NCBI GenBank assembly: GCA_040437565.1
Contig: JBDOQK010000044.1
Location: 186,001-250,000, forward strand
DNA: 64,000 nucleotides
Direction of reading: 5' to 3'
Source: Albugo candida
Lineage: Eukaryota
Shown here: positions 1 through 13,994 of the stretch, piece by piece
Numbering within the stretch: position 1 is the stretch's first letter
Layout: each line of letters opens with the position of its first letter
The notes under the pieces: generated by a model
Seen by the model: the letters and a program-made list of their open reading frames with translations, nothing else
Told to the model about the DNA's origin: nothing
Databases searched by the model: none
Position numbers and translations under genes: made by a program

Positions 1-411
1 AACTCGTTACCCTTTCTTTCGTGTTCGCTAGAAGAAGTGGAAATTGTCGAAATGGAAGAGATTTTAAAAACAACTATTAACCTTGCTCACCCAGAAAATA
101 AAACTGCTCGTGAACAAGGAACCTTTGAAGATTCACCTGTCACTATAATGTTTAACAGTGGTGTAAGCTGTGATGTTGTTCGTCCAGGCTTGGTGAAGAA
201 CATGACACAATCTGGTGTCTCTCAAGTCACAGGCTTAAATGCATATTTAAATAAGGCTCGCTCCATAAAAAAAGGCGTTGCGATCACCCTATTGAATCAA
301 TATCGATTTCACAATTTACAAGTTATGGAATGGTCATTGGGACCTGCCCATAATGTCATCTTGGGAAAATCATTGTTTACCAATTCTCAACCTCAACATG
401 ATTGGCGCTCT
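1..411 (+). mobile_element. Ty3/gypsy retrotransposon fragment (protease region), degenerate
   Basis: ORF 37-411 (FNSGVSCDVVRPGLV...HNVILGKSLF...PQHDWRS) resembles a retropepsin with a degenerate D-S-G motif and the DVILG.PWL..P.IDW tail. It aligns by eye with the minus-strand gypsy protease at about 25640-26040 (FDGDAVCSVVRPGLV). It ends at an N gap. Confidence 0.7.
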
Positions 412-2410
412 NNNNNNNNNNNNNNNNNNNNNNNNNNNNNNNNNNNNNNNNNNNNNNNNNNNNNNNNNNNNNNNNNNNNNNNNNNNNNNNNNNNNNNNNN
501 NNNNNNNNNNNTGATAACAATTTCACATTTGCAAGAAAAAGAAAGAGGCAGTGTTTTTTAGAGAAAGAATCCGCTTCAAAGATCCAGGAACTTATAATGG
601 CATTTTGCATTCACTGTTACTGTCAGTTTTTAGAAACGGCTGAACTTCACGGATAAATGCTGATTCAGCTTGCCAAATCCCTCAACACGATGCTAGACTC
701 ATATAATTTACAAGATCGCATGCGTAAATTACCGTTCTTTGCTTTGATGCAGCTAGTACGGGATTCATTAGGTCCACGAAAATGTGGGTCAATTTTCCAA
801 TCATAGCACCCAGCATACCCTACTATATGCAGCTATTTCTCTTTATATCTACCATCATAACAATCTCAACACGGCATTATTTGCTCAGCATGCAAAAAAG
901 GACAGCAAGATTCGACAAAGATGCACCTACCGTTACATCCATGAAATTCTTGAACAAAATTTTTATTGAGCTTCCTCTAGTCTGGATGCAATCTTCTTAG
1001 AGATGGTAGAGACCACTATCTTTGTCCCTTCTCTACTTGAGCATAATATTTCTATAATCTACTTGAAGAAAAGAAGCGCCATAAGAGAAGTTTTGTCCAC
1101 GACGATTGCGCTACTGGATAGAATACTGATTCTATGCAAATAAAACAATTAGCGGAGTTGTGTACTATGATAATCCACAAAGCAGCGAATGTGATGCTCT
1201 TTAGATTCATATGCTGCGTCTTTCAATGAAGTGTGGAAGCACCTTGCGCAGAATTCTTAAATCTTCGGTTTTTATCTTTACTTAGCCCGAACACTGCGTC
1301 TAATTTTTGTTTACAACGAGTGTTGTGAGCTACGACCTACATAGCTTTATGATCGAGAAATGTGGATTACAAATCATGGGTCTAATCGTCGGAATACGAA
1401 AGCATTGCCTGGATAGACCACGATTGAAACGTATAGAGAATTGGCGAGATTTTAAGAAAACGTCATTTGCCAAGTCCTTAGTGCAGCGTTTAAGCACTAA
1501 CTCAGCGCGTACAAAGAAGAACATGAAATTTTCAAAGTTGCAAGCCTCATTCGTATCACATGGAATATGATCTCAAATCCATACAATACGATAAGACGAA
1601 TGGTGTCTTTTTGAGATTCAAAGCTGTTGCTAGAATATAATCAAACAGCTCGATCGAAAATACTGTTGAGTTTCGAGTTTCGTGCCGAGATGTGGTAGCT
1701 TCAGTGACCCTAAGGTATACATTAGGGTAGCAAACGCTTCTTGTTCCGATTAGGTTTGAGTAATCCCGTACAGGAGTTTTTTTGCAGGCAAGTCATGTTA
1801 TAGTCCTTTCATAAGTAAAGTGCTATAAAATATGTATGTGTACAAACATGACCAGATGCTCATCTTCAAAGTCATGCGGTGCACTCGATCAGAGCGAATA
1901 CAGTATTTTGGCACGTATCTATAAGTAGTTCGCATATCTCGGTACGTGATTATTATTGATTCCGCAATTCCATCAATTGTTTGCATGATCACAAGTTACC
2001 TACAACATGACTACATGGTTACTTTGATCTAAACGTATTGCAAGTGAGTCCATTCTTCACAAATATGAGCCAACAAACATGCTTAAAGCTGCTATCGGAG
2101 ACTCGTTGAAACTATTTGTATAGAACGTTCGCATTGGCTCCCAACTACGAAAGAAGTCGTCGGTGCCCCAAAATGCGAATTCTATGCGAACGATAGACTA
2201 AGCGAAGAAGCATCCCAAGGATTTTGATTCTTATTGATAAGATGTGAGGCTAGGAAATCTGAAGAATCGAAAGCATTTTATAGAAGCATCTGATGGGACG
2301 CTTTATGGAACGAGTCTAGTCCTGTTTACTATCCAGAGATGAACAATTTTATATAGTTTTCTCGGTGCATGTCATCATGTTTAGATGGTTGTAGATTTCT
2401 ATGAATCTGG

Positions 2411-3663
2411 TGCGAAGCTCAGCTTGAGCAAAGCATTCTTCCTGTTGTTCAATCGGAACATGCCGCGTCTTCGTATCCCCGGTTTGACCATATGGGATTT
2501 GAAGGATTCGGCGAAGCATTTGGCCACATCGTTCGGCCAGATACTGACAACTCGATGGTTGTATCAAAAAGCACGGTTGAAGAAAACCGATTAGAGAACA
2601 AGTAATCTCGCATCCCTTCAGCAACTATCATTAACGTACCGTCGACTAATCTACCTAGTTTCACTTCATCAAAGTCGTCATACCTAGGCGCAAAAAAAAA
2701 ATGCGCTACACTTACCTTATGGATACCTTCAGCATGCACTGATAGCACATGCCATAGATTACTTAAAAAAACTGCCCGGCACCTTTCGGCCCATACTATG
2801 TTTTGTGCCAAATATCAGCGTGTATGTACACTCTGATGTGTCAATAAGTCCTGTCATATCGCACTTTACCGCGCTGATTGACACATGTGTGATAAGTGAT
2901 TTGGATAGAGAAAATTTGTTTCATGCACGATAGGTGTAATAATGGCTCTTTTTTAGCTGCTATAAGTCGTCTGTGTTCGCCTGTGTTCGNNNNNNNNNNN
3001 NNNNNNNNNNNNNNNNNNNNNNNNNNNNNNNNNNNNNNNNNNNNNNNNNNNNNNNNNNNNNNNNNNNNNNNNNNNNNNNNNNNNNNNNNTGCGAAGCTCA
3101 GCTTGAGCAAAGCATTCTTCCTGTTGTTCAATCGGAACATGCCGCGTCTTCGTATTCCCGATTTGACCATATGGGATTTGAAGGATTCGGCGAAGCATTT
3201 GGCCACATCGTTCGGCCAGATACTGACAACTCGATGGTTGTATCAAAAAGCACGGTTGAAGAAAACCGATTAGAGGACAAGTAATCTCGCATCCCTTCAG
3301 CAACTATCATTAACGTACCCGTCGACTAATCTACCTAGTTTCACTTCATCAAAGTCGTCATACATAGGCGCAAATGCGCTACACTTACCTTATGGATACC
3401 TTCAGCATGCACTGATAGCACATGCCATAGATTACTTAAAAAAAACTGTCCGGCACCTTCCGGCCCATACTATGTTTTGTGCCAAATATCAGCGTGTATG
3501 CACACTTTGATGTGTCAATAAGTCCTGTCATATCGCACTTTACCGCGCTGATTGACATATGTGTGATAAGTGATTTGGATAGAGAAAATTTGTTTCATGC
3601 ACGATAGGTATAATAATGGCTCTTTCTTAGCTGCTATAAGTCGTCTGTGTTCGCCTGTGTTCG
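2411..3663. repeat. ~580-bp direct duplication flanking an N gap (probably uncollapsed haplotypes)
   Basis: 2411-2989 is repeated at 3090-3663 across the 100-N gap. The copies differ by several SNPs and a poly-A indel (cgcaaaaaaaaaatgcg vs cgcaaatgcg). Confidence 0.85.
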
Positions 3664-6600
3664 TCTATATCGTAAGGTATCAAACCATCAGTTTTCACCA
3701 GTTATGCATTTTCTGTTGCTGTACTGTATATCGTTCATGAATGGTCTGTCATTCGAAGCTTGACGTATAAGCAAAATTAGAAATTTCCATAAATGGGCAC
3801 TGATCTTAATCGTGCGTCTTCTGACTGGTGGGGTGTATCGATATTTTTTTCAAGACTACAGCGACACAACTGCTTGGAGAAAGTCACCCATTTAGTTTCG
3901 TTTTCATTACAGTACGGTTTTGGGTTGAAATGCTGCGACAAAGAGATTGAAGAAGAAAAAACGATGTTATCATACCTTCCATATTCCTCATACGCAGCTA
4001 CATATATGGAGATGCCGATTAACAATGGCTACATAGCCGTTCTCAGCTACTAACGGCAAATTACCGATCACATCAACAATGGTCTTCAATTAATCATGAT
4101 ATTGGCTCTCTTGAAGCAGTCATGCATTCACAGGCTTCTTTTACGAACACCCAACGATGAGCACGATTGCTTTGCCATTGGTCTTTTTGTAGTGCTCGCA
4201 TGCAACCGAGCATTCCCCCCGCAAGCTTGCTAGATCAACCGATTGGTTTCACCATCAGTCTCACCAGAGAAAAAGCATCTGATGTCGTCTTTCTATACCT
4301 GCTTCATCTATCATCATGTATACTTCAGCGTGAATTTGCTTTTATCCACTACGATCGTGCCAAACATAATGGACCATGAGGGCCGCCGATACCTTCAAGT
4401 ATGTGGCCTTGGATGCTCATAAATCTCCACAGCGGGACAAATCTCATTGCTTGTTAGAATGGATGATTTGTTTCATGCATCCGTATCCTAGATTTTCGAT
4501 TGGTAAACAACGACGAACCCTATCATGTATCAATCCAATCAGAGCAAATCTTTAAAGTCGTGGGCGTCTCTATGACGTCAACTCCGTATTCTGAAAACAC
4601 CTCGCACCTGTTTTCTTTCCTCTCAAATTTCAGTGTTTTAGCACAGTGTGATTTCAAAACACCAAGTCAAGTCGAATGATAGGGACAATGTCTTTTATTC
4701 GAGATTGCATCAACTGGAAGAAACGGATGGTAATAAGGAAAGCTTCTTTTCTCTTTCGATCGAGAGGATGGACTCCAAAGCTTCGGTAACCACACTGAAC
4801 CGTGGAGGATACATTAATCCATGTCAACTTGTTCTAAAGCGTTCCAATATAAGTAAAGCGATTCATTTGATGATAATGCCCAAGATCGCGTCTTGCTCAA
4901 AAGGTACTGACTTGATTCCATCTCCTCATTCGGGAGCGCATCACTGACAGTTTGAATTTCTTGAGTCCTACTTTTACTTTCACTCTTAGACCAAAACTTG
5001 TGCATCCGATACGTCAATTTTGTTAGTAAATTGCATTCTCGCCCAGTACGTGGTGCTGTAGAAGGAATGGGATGTCCTTAATGCTCGTTATGCCCATTAC
5101 ATTGATTATGAAGACAGAGCGACATCGCTGGAGGAGAATGAACCATACAACGCTCACTTCACTACTGCTATATAGCGTTAACTCTCATGCTGATAGGCTC
5201 AGTAACATCCATTTCATCTCGAACAATTGCGATTTCTAGCAAACTTTTCACACGGGTCAATAGAAGAACCGTCTCTTATTTGTTGCAGCTGATACAGATA
5301 ATATTTGTATATTTGTATTGCATATACATATGGCAATGCAGAATCGATAGCTTTAGTAGATTAATATATCGCAAGGTAAGCGTCGAAGGAAGTAACATAT
5401 ACCCAGTTCCCGGTGAGGCCATAAGTCGCGCTAAATGCTCCTTTTCGACTATTTGCCGGCGAAGTAAAATCGTCCTCTTCTTTTGTTCTACGGACAATGG
5501 AACGCTATGTGAAAATTTATAACGAGACGTAGCCATAAAGATTCATTCTTAGTATGAGAAAGCATCTTCACATTCGGAAGCTGTGGATGTAAGCACAATT
5601 GGCTTGTAAAACTCGAAAGATAAGATATAGATATAATAAAGCTGGCTGCTGCGACGTCCCAACCATAAGCATGGCTATTGTAAGATTGCCCCTTACACCC
5701 AGAAGAACGAGGCGAATGTCACAAGACCATTCGTAAAAGTCATTACATGTTTGAGAATTCTTTCTGGATCAAGCGATATTTTTCTTTCCCTTGTTTTGCC
5801 GCCATTTTGAATTGCTTGAGTCTCAGTTTTAAAGTGTGATGGGCCTAATACTGCTTTGAATTGAGACATGTTACATATTTTGATTTTACCATCATGGCAT
5901 CTAACCGCCAACACTTTTTTTATAGACTAGGCAATGCAGCAAAATTCATTCGCATCATTCAAGTATTTTCCACCGTTAGGTAAACGCAAAGACGCTTCAT
6001 GCGATAAGCCTTCTGCGGTTGTATTTTGGTGTGCTTAACATCATTCCCGGAAGATATGGTCTTGTACAGGAATTTTCTATCGCATCTAACTTCTAATCTG
6101 TACTCAATGATCTTCCGAGACGATTCTTGAGTGCAACAATCTCCTGTTCTTCGGCATCTCTCGAGTCATTTCTATCGTTTTGCTTTTTGGTTTGATTTTG
6201 ATTTTTGGCGGAGCAAAAACGGGTATAGCTGCTGAGAATTACTGCACAATCAACTTTGGCGAATAGTCTCCCAGTCAGCGACTTCATCTTCGATTCTCGC
6301 GCTGTGTCGCAGAAAAGCTTGTATCGAATTCTTCTCGTGCGTCACCACGACGTCCGATCCACCGTTTCAATTCACCAGCTTGATGACTAAATTTCATCTT
6401 CCTCAACATAAATCTACAATTGGTGTGTTCATTTCTATCGCAATCACAGATCGCTTTCTTTTCTCCAATTTTCTATGCGTAATTTTTTGTAAATCTGTCG
6501 TGTTTTCATCGAGTGTGATGAGCCGGATTAGTCGAGCTATTCAACATTCTTATTGTATGCAATGTTTTGTTTGAAAACGAGGCACTACTGCACGGAGGCT

Positions 6601-9322
6601 CTCAGTTTCTACATTGAGCCATTTTCGACCTGTGCACATTCATGTCTTCTATTCGGGGGACGTTGTGCATCAATGCCTTTGATTACCTTTTTGTATCGCT
6701 TCATACTATATCTTATTCTCATCGCTTATCGCTACACGGAGCAAGTTTCTTCATAAAGAATCGAAAGAAATTTCACCTGACTTGTCAATGTACCGCTTTC
6801 GTTCAGTATCGTTTCTTGCACATACCACATTCGAGTAAGATTTTGGTTATGTGCACTCTCGATCTCTCAATAGGACAGCATATGCATCAAATGTCCTTAT
6901 TTCCATGATTTCAAATCTTTATCGCCTGGTCAGAACCTCCAGTCTGATTCGCCGTACTTTGTCTACCATTGTGTAATACTTGTTTTTGGCCAAGACACAT
7001 CGTAAGATAATATTCCCTTTTTGTCACCTATAACTCTCTGAACCCAACGAAACCTTGATATTTTCTTTCAGCGCAGTCTTTCCAGCCTTTAAAAGAAGAC
7101 TCTGCTTTTTCAGAAATTAATTTGTATTTGGCCACATTCGTTAACATTACTTTTTTTCTGATCCGACTATATTTCGATCAGTAATGCGCTATATTTGCAA
7201 ACACATCTTTGGCTTGAGAATTGTATTTTAGGCTCTAATTTCGGTGTCCTAGCTAATTGATTTGTCGCATTTGTATTTATTTCTCTTGTTTTCTTTTTTT
7301 TTTGCCAGCTGCTGTACGTGATTCCGTCTAAAACCTTCTTCTATATATATGTCCCGACCTTGCCAGCTACTTGCATTTGACAGTTGGAAATGTTAACGTA
7401 CGTGATTTATCTCGAGTCAGATGCTTTCATGTTGCTGGCCAGATATCTAATTTTATGCTTGCTTACGGGGTTTTCATCCTACAGATTCCTCCTAGGCAAC
7501 CGCTCAACGGCTTTTGATACCGTGTTCCAAGATCTCTACCTCAATGTCATTTCTTCACAAAGCTTCCGATAATTTTGCTTTATCACAAGGCGCCTTCGAT
7601 TCAAGTCTTCTTCCTCTTCGTAGTAATAGTTCAAGGTATCATATCGATGGTCTTGCATACCGCAACAATCGAGAAGCTTGCTGGAGCTATATTTGCTTCA
7701 TGGTTGCAGATTACGATGGCTACAGAGGTCAAGCGTGTGGTTTCCATTTGACGAGATGCAACTCTTTATCTCGACATACGATAATAGCACCATCGACCAT
7801 ATCTTCGTTTTGAAATACTTCGCTAATAATTCACAAATTTGGGATTCTAAGTACGACACCGGCTGTCCCAGGAACGCCATTATTTATTCATCAGCTCTTC
7901 GTTTGATCGTTCTGGTCAGCGATTTCAACCATCAACCCTGCTGTAATACTCCGCATCATATCACGACGTAAAAGTTTTTATCGCTTTTTACTATTGACCA
8001 CCGCGTGCGACTATGAGCTCCCGTTTTATCAATTCTCGATCCTACGTGGCATTCTTTTTTTCAGGAACCATTGTCTCGGCTTTTGAGCGAGTACATTGGG
8101 ACCGAAATGTAAAGCCTTACTTATTTATCTTCCATCGCAGTCTAAACAAGCGTGTTGGTCTAGCTTTGCTTGACTGCTACTTGGAGACTTCACGTCTCAA
8201 GAAAGCAGCGCAGTTGAACGAGCATAATCACAACCACAGCAATATATTGCGTCATACGCTTACTGACGTTGTATACTTCGGCTATATGGTTGTGATCATG
8301 ACCTCATTGCTTGAAGCGGATACAATCAGTCTGTGTAGTTCCTTTATTGATCATTGTTTGTCCAGCAACTTTTTTTCGAAAAGTAAAACCACTGTCATCT
8401 CAGTGACGAAATTTCACCTTCGGCAATCGTATCGTTTTGTCGGCATTTGCGTCGAATCCCTACATCTTTTAGGACGAACCTCATAAACTAAAGAGTTTGC
8501 TCGTCCGCGCTTTTGAGTCACAGCCTTGTACGATTTCTTCCACTACATAAGTTCGATGTAAAAGAATTCTTTCTGTCCTCACTTCGAAGTCCATCTATTT
8601 TCGGGTTTGGTCAATGCTTTCTATAATAAACGAAGGGACTTGTACCGACATTAATTGTGATATTTCGTAGCTTCTCACAATCGTCACAATCGTCACACTC
8701 GTGCTATCATTTTTGTGCTGCCTTCTTCAGGACCAATTCAACACACTAAGGATTTCAGCGAATGCTTTTCGAGAACGTGGAACATCTCGCTACGAGTTCG
8801 AACTAACATCCTTTTCCGAACACTGCTCAACGTACAGAGCCATATGTTACGTTGTGTCTTCCGCTCCGTTCTCACAGCTACGCACTTCGAAATCAAATTT
8901 GGAGAGTCTTTTGCAATCCAATACTACTCGGGTATCATTGCGATGTTGCTACACACTACAATACGTCACTATACGCTGTATAATGGAGAATGATTGACAT
9001 AAGAAACTGAAAATGGGATCGCCAATTCCTACACGCTTACCTAGAAAGCGTTTTGACTCATGTATCGACATAGGGACGTCCCAGCTACCGACGCAGAACA
9101 TAGCCTGTAATACTGGAAGAAAGCGAGCTACGTAAAGGTACATGCTAATCAAGCGAATAGCTAAACTTTCATGCAGTTTCGTCACGTGAAAGAGTGTGAA
9201 CTCAGTGGGCTTGGTACTACCGCAACTACTTGTGCGTAATTTTGCGGCCGCAAACAGATGATGACTATTCGGTCTCGTACATATCTTAGTGCGACATTCC
9301 GAGGTCGACTTTATTCTACAAA

Positions 9323-10458
9323 TCAAGTATTCCTCTCTTTTCCATTTAAAAATGTTTTGCCATGCTTACCTTCGAAGCCGGCACGCTACACAGTAGTATC
9401 ACAAGTTGTCAATGGAATCGATCAAACGACACAACATACGTTTTATACCTGATGATCAATGGCACGTTTCTTTACTGCATTTTGCTTTGTACGTTGCTGT
9501 TGTTTCAGCGCTGTAGTGCGATCGTTCCAAGTTTTGGCACTTTTCTTTTTTTGCTTTTCTTTCTTCTTCAATTTTCGCCTTAACAGCACGGGGTCATCGC
9601 GCAATACTGTTCCTTTTGCTTGTTCGATTGCATGCTTCCACTGCCTAGAATCAACCAGGGCCTTGCCTTCCTCGGTTTTCTTCAAATCTTCCATGCGTTT
9701 TTGCTTCTTTTCGGCTTTCTTCAACAAGTTTTTGATTCCATGGATAGCTTGGCCGTTCCGCGTTGCTTTCTTTTTAGTTTCTTGTTGTTCTTCATCAAGT
9801 AATAGATTCCCGTACGAAAGATTGGTATCATTTTGACTCTTCGTACTCGTTTCAGTACTTGCTTCTTTTGGTTTGACACCCTCACTGCTGGTACACTTAT
9901 TCTTTATCGTAGAAGGGACTGGTTTGGATAAAGATTTCGTCTTAAGTCTCTTGTTCTGATCTGTCTGTTTACCTTCAAATTTAGCGGTACGCTTTTGACG
10001 TAGAGATTGTACTTTTGCAGCTAGTCGCTCCTTCAACGACTGTAAGGTATCATCACCAGATTGTGCCGCTCTCAAGGACTTCTTCTTTTCAGGAGTTTCC
10101 ACACCATCTAATTTACCGAGATTATCATAATCTGATGAATCACTCCCTTCCACCTGGTTTTCTTCAATCTTTTTCTCTTTTGCCGGATTGAATTTTGCTC
10201 GTTTGCTTGCGTTCTTTGTTGATACCGTTGACATCATAGCCTTCTGATTCTATATTCAAAGAAAACGTTTCATTTATCCTTACGATTGGTTGAGTTCAGA
10301 AGTACCTTGTGATATTTTTTTGATTTACTTGGCGCTGATTGCAACCAGCTCTTCTCATTATCCGTGGGAACGTAATAATTGGATGGAATCAACTCCTTTA
10401 AGTCTATAAAGAAAGCATCATTCATTGCAATTGCTATTGACAATTCCGAATGATTCAT
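9323..10458 (-). CDS. SURF6: SURF6/Rrp14 nucleolar ribosome biogenesis protein (3 exons, about 338 aa)
   Basis: Exons 10458-10306, 10249-9449 and 9385-9323, with GT-AG introns of 56 and 63 nt that keep frame. It has an N-terminal RRP14-like motif (FFIDLKELIPSNYY), a Lys-rich SURF6 domain (W..A..AKG..LRDDP.LL..KLKKKEKQKKKSAK.W) and the C-terminal RAGFEG motif in exon 3. Confidence 0.9.
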
Positions 10459-11844
10459 CGCTGCATCATTATTAGTTTCTAGTTCACCATAATTCGGCAA
10501 GGCGTGAAAACGCATACGTCCGAGTAGCATATTTGGATTGGTTGGTGGTCGCACTTAAGTTGTACCAATCAAAAGCGTACGTCAGCGCAGTACCACTAGC
10601 CAGGCTACAGTGAAGAGCAAAACACCATGCTGTCTTCTAATGCAAGTGCGTCGTGAGTAATGATTACGGTAGTCGTTGTGATAATGATTACGGCATACAA
10701 TATATTTTGTAGCTCAAGGAATATGCGTATCCATTCTGCTAAATCTATACCATCCTGCAAATGCAACAGCCGATTGTACAGATCCGATTACGTCTCATGT
10801 ATTGATATTTGTAGAGGTATCATTTCTGCGTTCCATTCATCGTTTTAATCCCACGTAGATCACAAAGTTTATTCATCTATCGGGATGCTGTTTCCGTGAT
10901 TTCTATCGATAATAGAATCAAATCACCATGTCTTACTTGTGAATATGCTGCGTATCAGTAGTGAAATTACAATGCCATCTTACAAAAGTATGTCATGTTG
11001 AGACTTTGGTAAGAGCGCTTTGATCAGACATTTCTACAAAGTAGACTATCGATGATAGATAATGAGCAAGCTCATAAGTAAGAGCCGTGATATCCAAAGC
11101 CACAACAGTTGAGATGAAGTGGCAACGATACCAATGTCCCCGATACGTTTGATTAAATTTTATTGGTAGAAAGGTATTCATCTGTGCACAGGGCAAGATG
11201 GCTTATTAGAAAACGTGTAAACTTTATGAATGCAGGACGAAACACAAACGTCCGCACCAAGTATGAATCGGTTCATTAATGTCTGAAGAGGCGGTATAAA
11301 TTTATTATGGCGTGCTTGCTGTGGCATACTTCTATGCTGAGCGCAAACGTCATCTGAGTGAAAGTAGAGGCAAGCAAAACGAATGAAAAGACCTCTGTGC
11401 TCCGAGATCAAAGAACTTTGGATATCCAGACTCATACTTTACTATCGGAAATGAAGAAGAGATTGGACGTGTTTATTGATTGCAGAAGCGATAAGACGGC
11501 TCCTTCCACGTCAATTTTGTATCTGTATCGAAGCTAAGCGTTTGTCTTCTTGTAATCGGAATCCCTTTCAGAATTTTATAAGAGATCTTTTCAAACTCTT
11601 CGATATGCCAACACATTGCTGAATGTGGTGACCTCTATGCTTCCTGGGAGTGCTTTGAAATCAAATTTGATCGGTTGCGCATTTTGATACGGGTCGTCAA
11701 GTTCTGTACGCGTCAACACGAATAGAAAATCAATACATATGGATACACATCTGAACATGAGTGTGAGTACAGTGCAAGGTGTCTATATTACTAGAATTAG
11801 ACTTACTTCTCTAGTTGCCTAGGCTATCTTAAATAACATACATA

Positions 11845-13106
11845 TAGTGCGAGACACCTATAACCATCAACTCCTGCTTTTTCGCGGCCAAATTCGAAAT
11901 TCTAATTTTATGCAGCCTATACTCTTAACCTGACAAAAACTTCTTTTTCAGCCAATCAGGATTAGTGTAGAGGGAAAGCCATACTCAAGTATTTCGTCCT
12001 GTCTGCTTTTGCTTGTATTTTCTGAGAGCTTCCTGCTTATGATGTACAACTCGGAAATAAAATACACGCAAACAATACGTTCTTGTTTGCGTGTATTTTA
12101 TTTCCGAGTTGTACATCATAAGCAGGAAGCTCTCAGAAAATACAAGCANNNNNNNNNNNNNNNNNNNNNNNNNNNNNNNNNNNNNNNNNNNNNNNNNNNN
12201 NNNNNNNNNNNNNNNNNNNNNNNNNNNNNNNNNNNNNNNNNNNNNNNNAAAGATGGAATGCGCCTCCGTTGCAATGACAAGTAACTTGGCTCAACAATAT
12301 GCTGTGCAAGAAATACGATTGACCACGAACATGACTTCATGGAGCAGATATGCATGTTGGGAGAACTAATCGTTGCTGCTGGACACATGATAATATTTTA
12401 TCCAAAGTTTCACTGTGAGTTAAACTTCATTGAGCACTTTTAGGGTGCTGCTCACAAAAACTGCGACTACAGCTGGAAAGGCATGGTTAGCACAGTTCCT
12501 AAGGCTCTGGAATCCGTCCCTTTCAAAACCATTCGACGCCATGCACAGAAATGTTTTCGATTCATGGATTTATATCGGAAGGGGTTGACGGGGAAGGCTG
12601 CTGAATACGCCGTGAAGAAAAACCGATGCCACCATCGAGCTCCCAAATCTATCATGATGGACATCAACGTGACTGGGGCATTTAATGAATGAATTTTACA
12701 TATGATCTCTAAAGAATACTGTATCTGTAATAAAATAGCAACGGGGATCGACTGTTTATACAGGTGCTAAGTGATTATATACGTTGTTGATTAGCTTGAC
12801 GTTGAGCGATTTGATTGGCTATAATGTGAGATTTGGTGTCCTCTGATTGGCTATCCTATTTTGGGGGCTCATTTTGGGCCGGCCAAAATCATGCTGCTCG
12901 AGGCAAACCCCTGTAAATCTCTCGGATCTAGAAATTCCATATCTTCGCCAAAAATAAACCAAACATAAATCTGCTCTGTAATCTTATAGCTTTCTATCTC
13001 TACTTCCCTGTGACAGAGCTAGATTTTGATCAAGCTAAATACTACTGGCTGTCATACAATTCGAACGACCCCTAAAATAGTTGATGGTTATAGATGTCCT
13101 GTACTA
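11845..13106 (+). mobile_element. IS630/Tc1-mariner-like DNA transposon, defective, TIR-bounded (contains an N gap)
   Basis: 28-bp TIRs (tagtgcgagacacctataaccatcaact / rc tagtacaggacatctataaccatcaact, 24/28 match), each flanked by TA. The transposase C-terminus at about 12350-12690 reads IIFYPKFHCELNFIEHF*...TIRRHAQKCFRFMDLYRKGLTGKAAEYAVKK. Confidence 0.85.
12010..12148. repeat. Perfect inverted repeat: 66-bp arms, 7-nt loop
   Basis: 12010-12075 is the exact reverse complement of 12083-12148, with loop tacgttc. The right arm ends exactly at an N gap. Confidence 0.9.
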
Positions 13107-13299
13107 TACATACAAAGTGGGAATATAAAACATATATACAAAGGCAGTATACTATACGTACGGATATACACATGCGTAGGATTATAACGAGGAAACCCAG
13201 TCTTGGATTAAGAACTTCTGATCAATAATGCACTATGTAGTAAGGATAATGAAGTATACAATTGCGCGTCCCTTATTGCACAAGTCCTGCGATTATGGC

Positions 13300-13894
13300 C
13301 AAACTGGTAGCACATTCCACATCTCGTTCGCTTGCACGTCACGTAACGTTCAATCCCAATCAATCAGACGATGATAGGAAGGCTCCGAATTTCCTTCAAC
13401 ACGCTACTTACCGAATCCACGTTTTATGATGTCAAAGTGTTGTATTTTGGACATGATGAGTATCCTGTTGACCAATTTTCACGCTCAACCTCCTGAAGCT
13501 ACAACAGCACATTGCTTTCCGGACTTGTGATATTCGCTTTCGCCTTCTCGTAATCTTTCGTTGTTCGTGAACGGGCGAATATCCACGCCAAATTCTTCAA
13601 CAACTTTTACTTGTATTTCTTTTTGAAATTTTCCATCGAATGCCGGAAGCAGAAAAATTGTGGGGCGTCGGGTGCCCATGTACGCATAGCTTTCATAGAT
13701 CCCTTGTCCCTATCCGATATCACGAATGCTGGAGATGGCTTGAGGTGAGAGAGTAGAACTTCAAAAACCAGCTCCAGTTATCTTCATTCGCTACCGACAC
13801 AAGCCCAACTCCGATAATTTGGATCTCGTTGTTTCCATTTCGAAAGAACGTAACAAGGAGGATCCCACCGATTGATGTCTTTACAAATGTGCCG
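13300..13894 (-). mobile_element. MULE/Mutator transposase fragment
   Basis: GTFVKTSIGGILLV...NGNNEIQIIGVGLVSVANEDNWSWFL, then after a frameshift SDRDKGSMKA, matches the MULE DDE core. The left boundary is approximate. Confidence 0.75.
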
Positions 13895-13994
13895 NNNNNN
13901 NNNNNNNNNNNNNNNNNNNNNNNNNNNNNNNNNNNNNNNNNNNNNNNNNNNNNNNNNNNNNNNNNNNNNNNNNNNNNNNNNNNNNNNNNNNNNN

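Noticed and set aside
9370-9385. 16-nt micro-exon in SURF6 (RAGFE followed by gtaagc)
   Set aside because: Reading through gives RAGFEGKHGKTFLNGKERNT*, a normal C-terminus, so no extra intron is needed.
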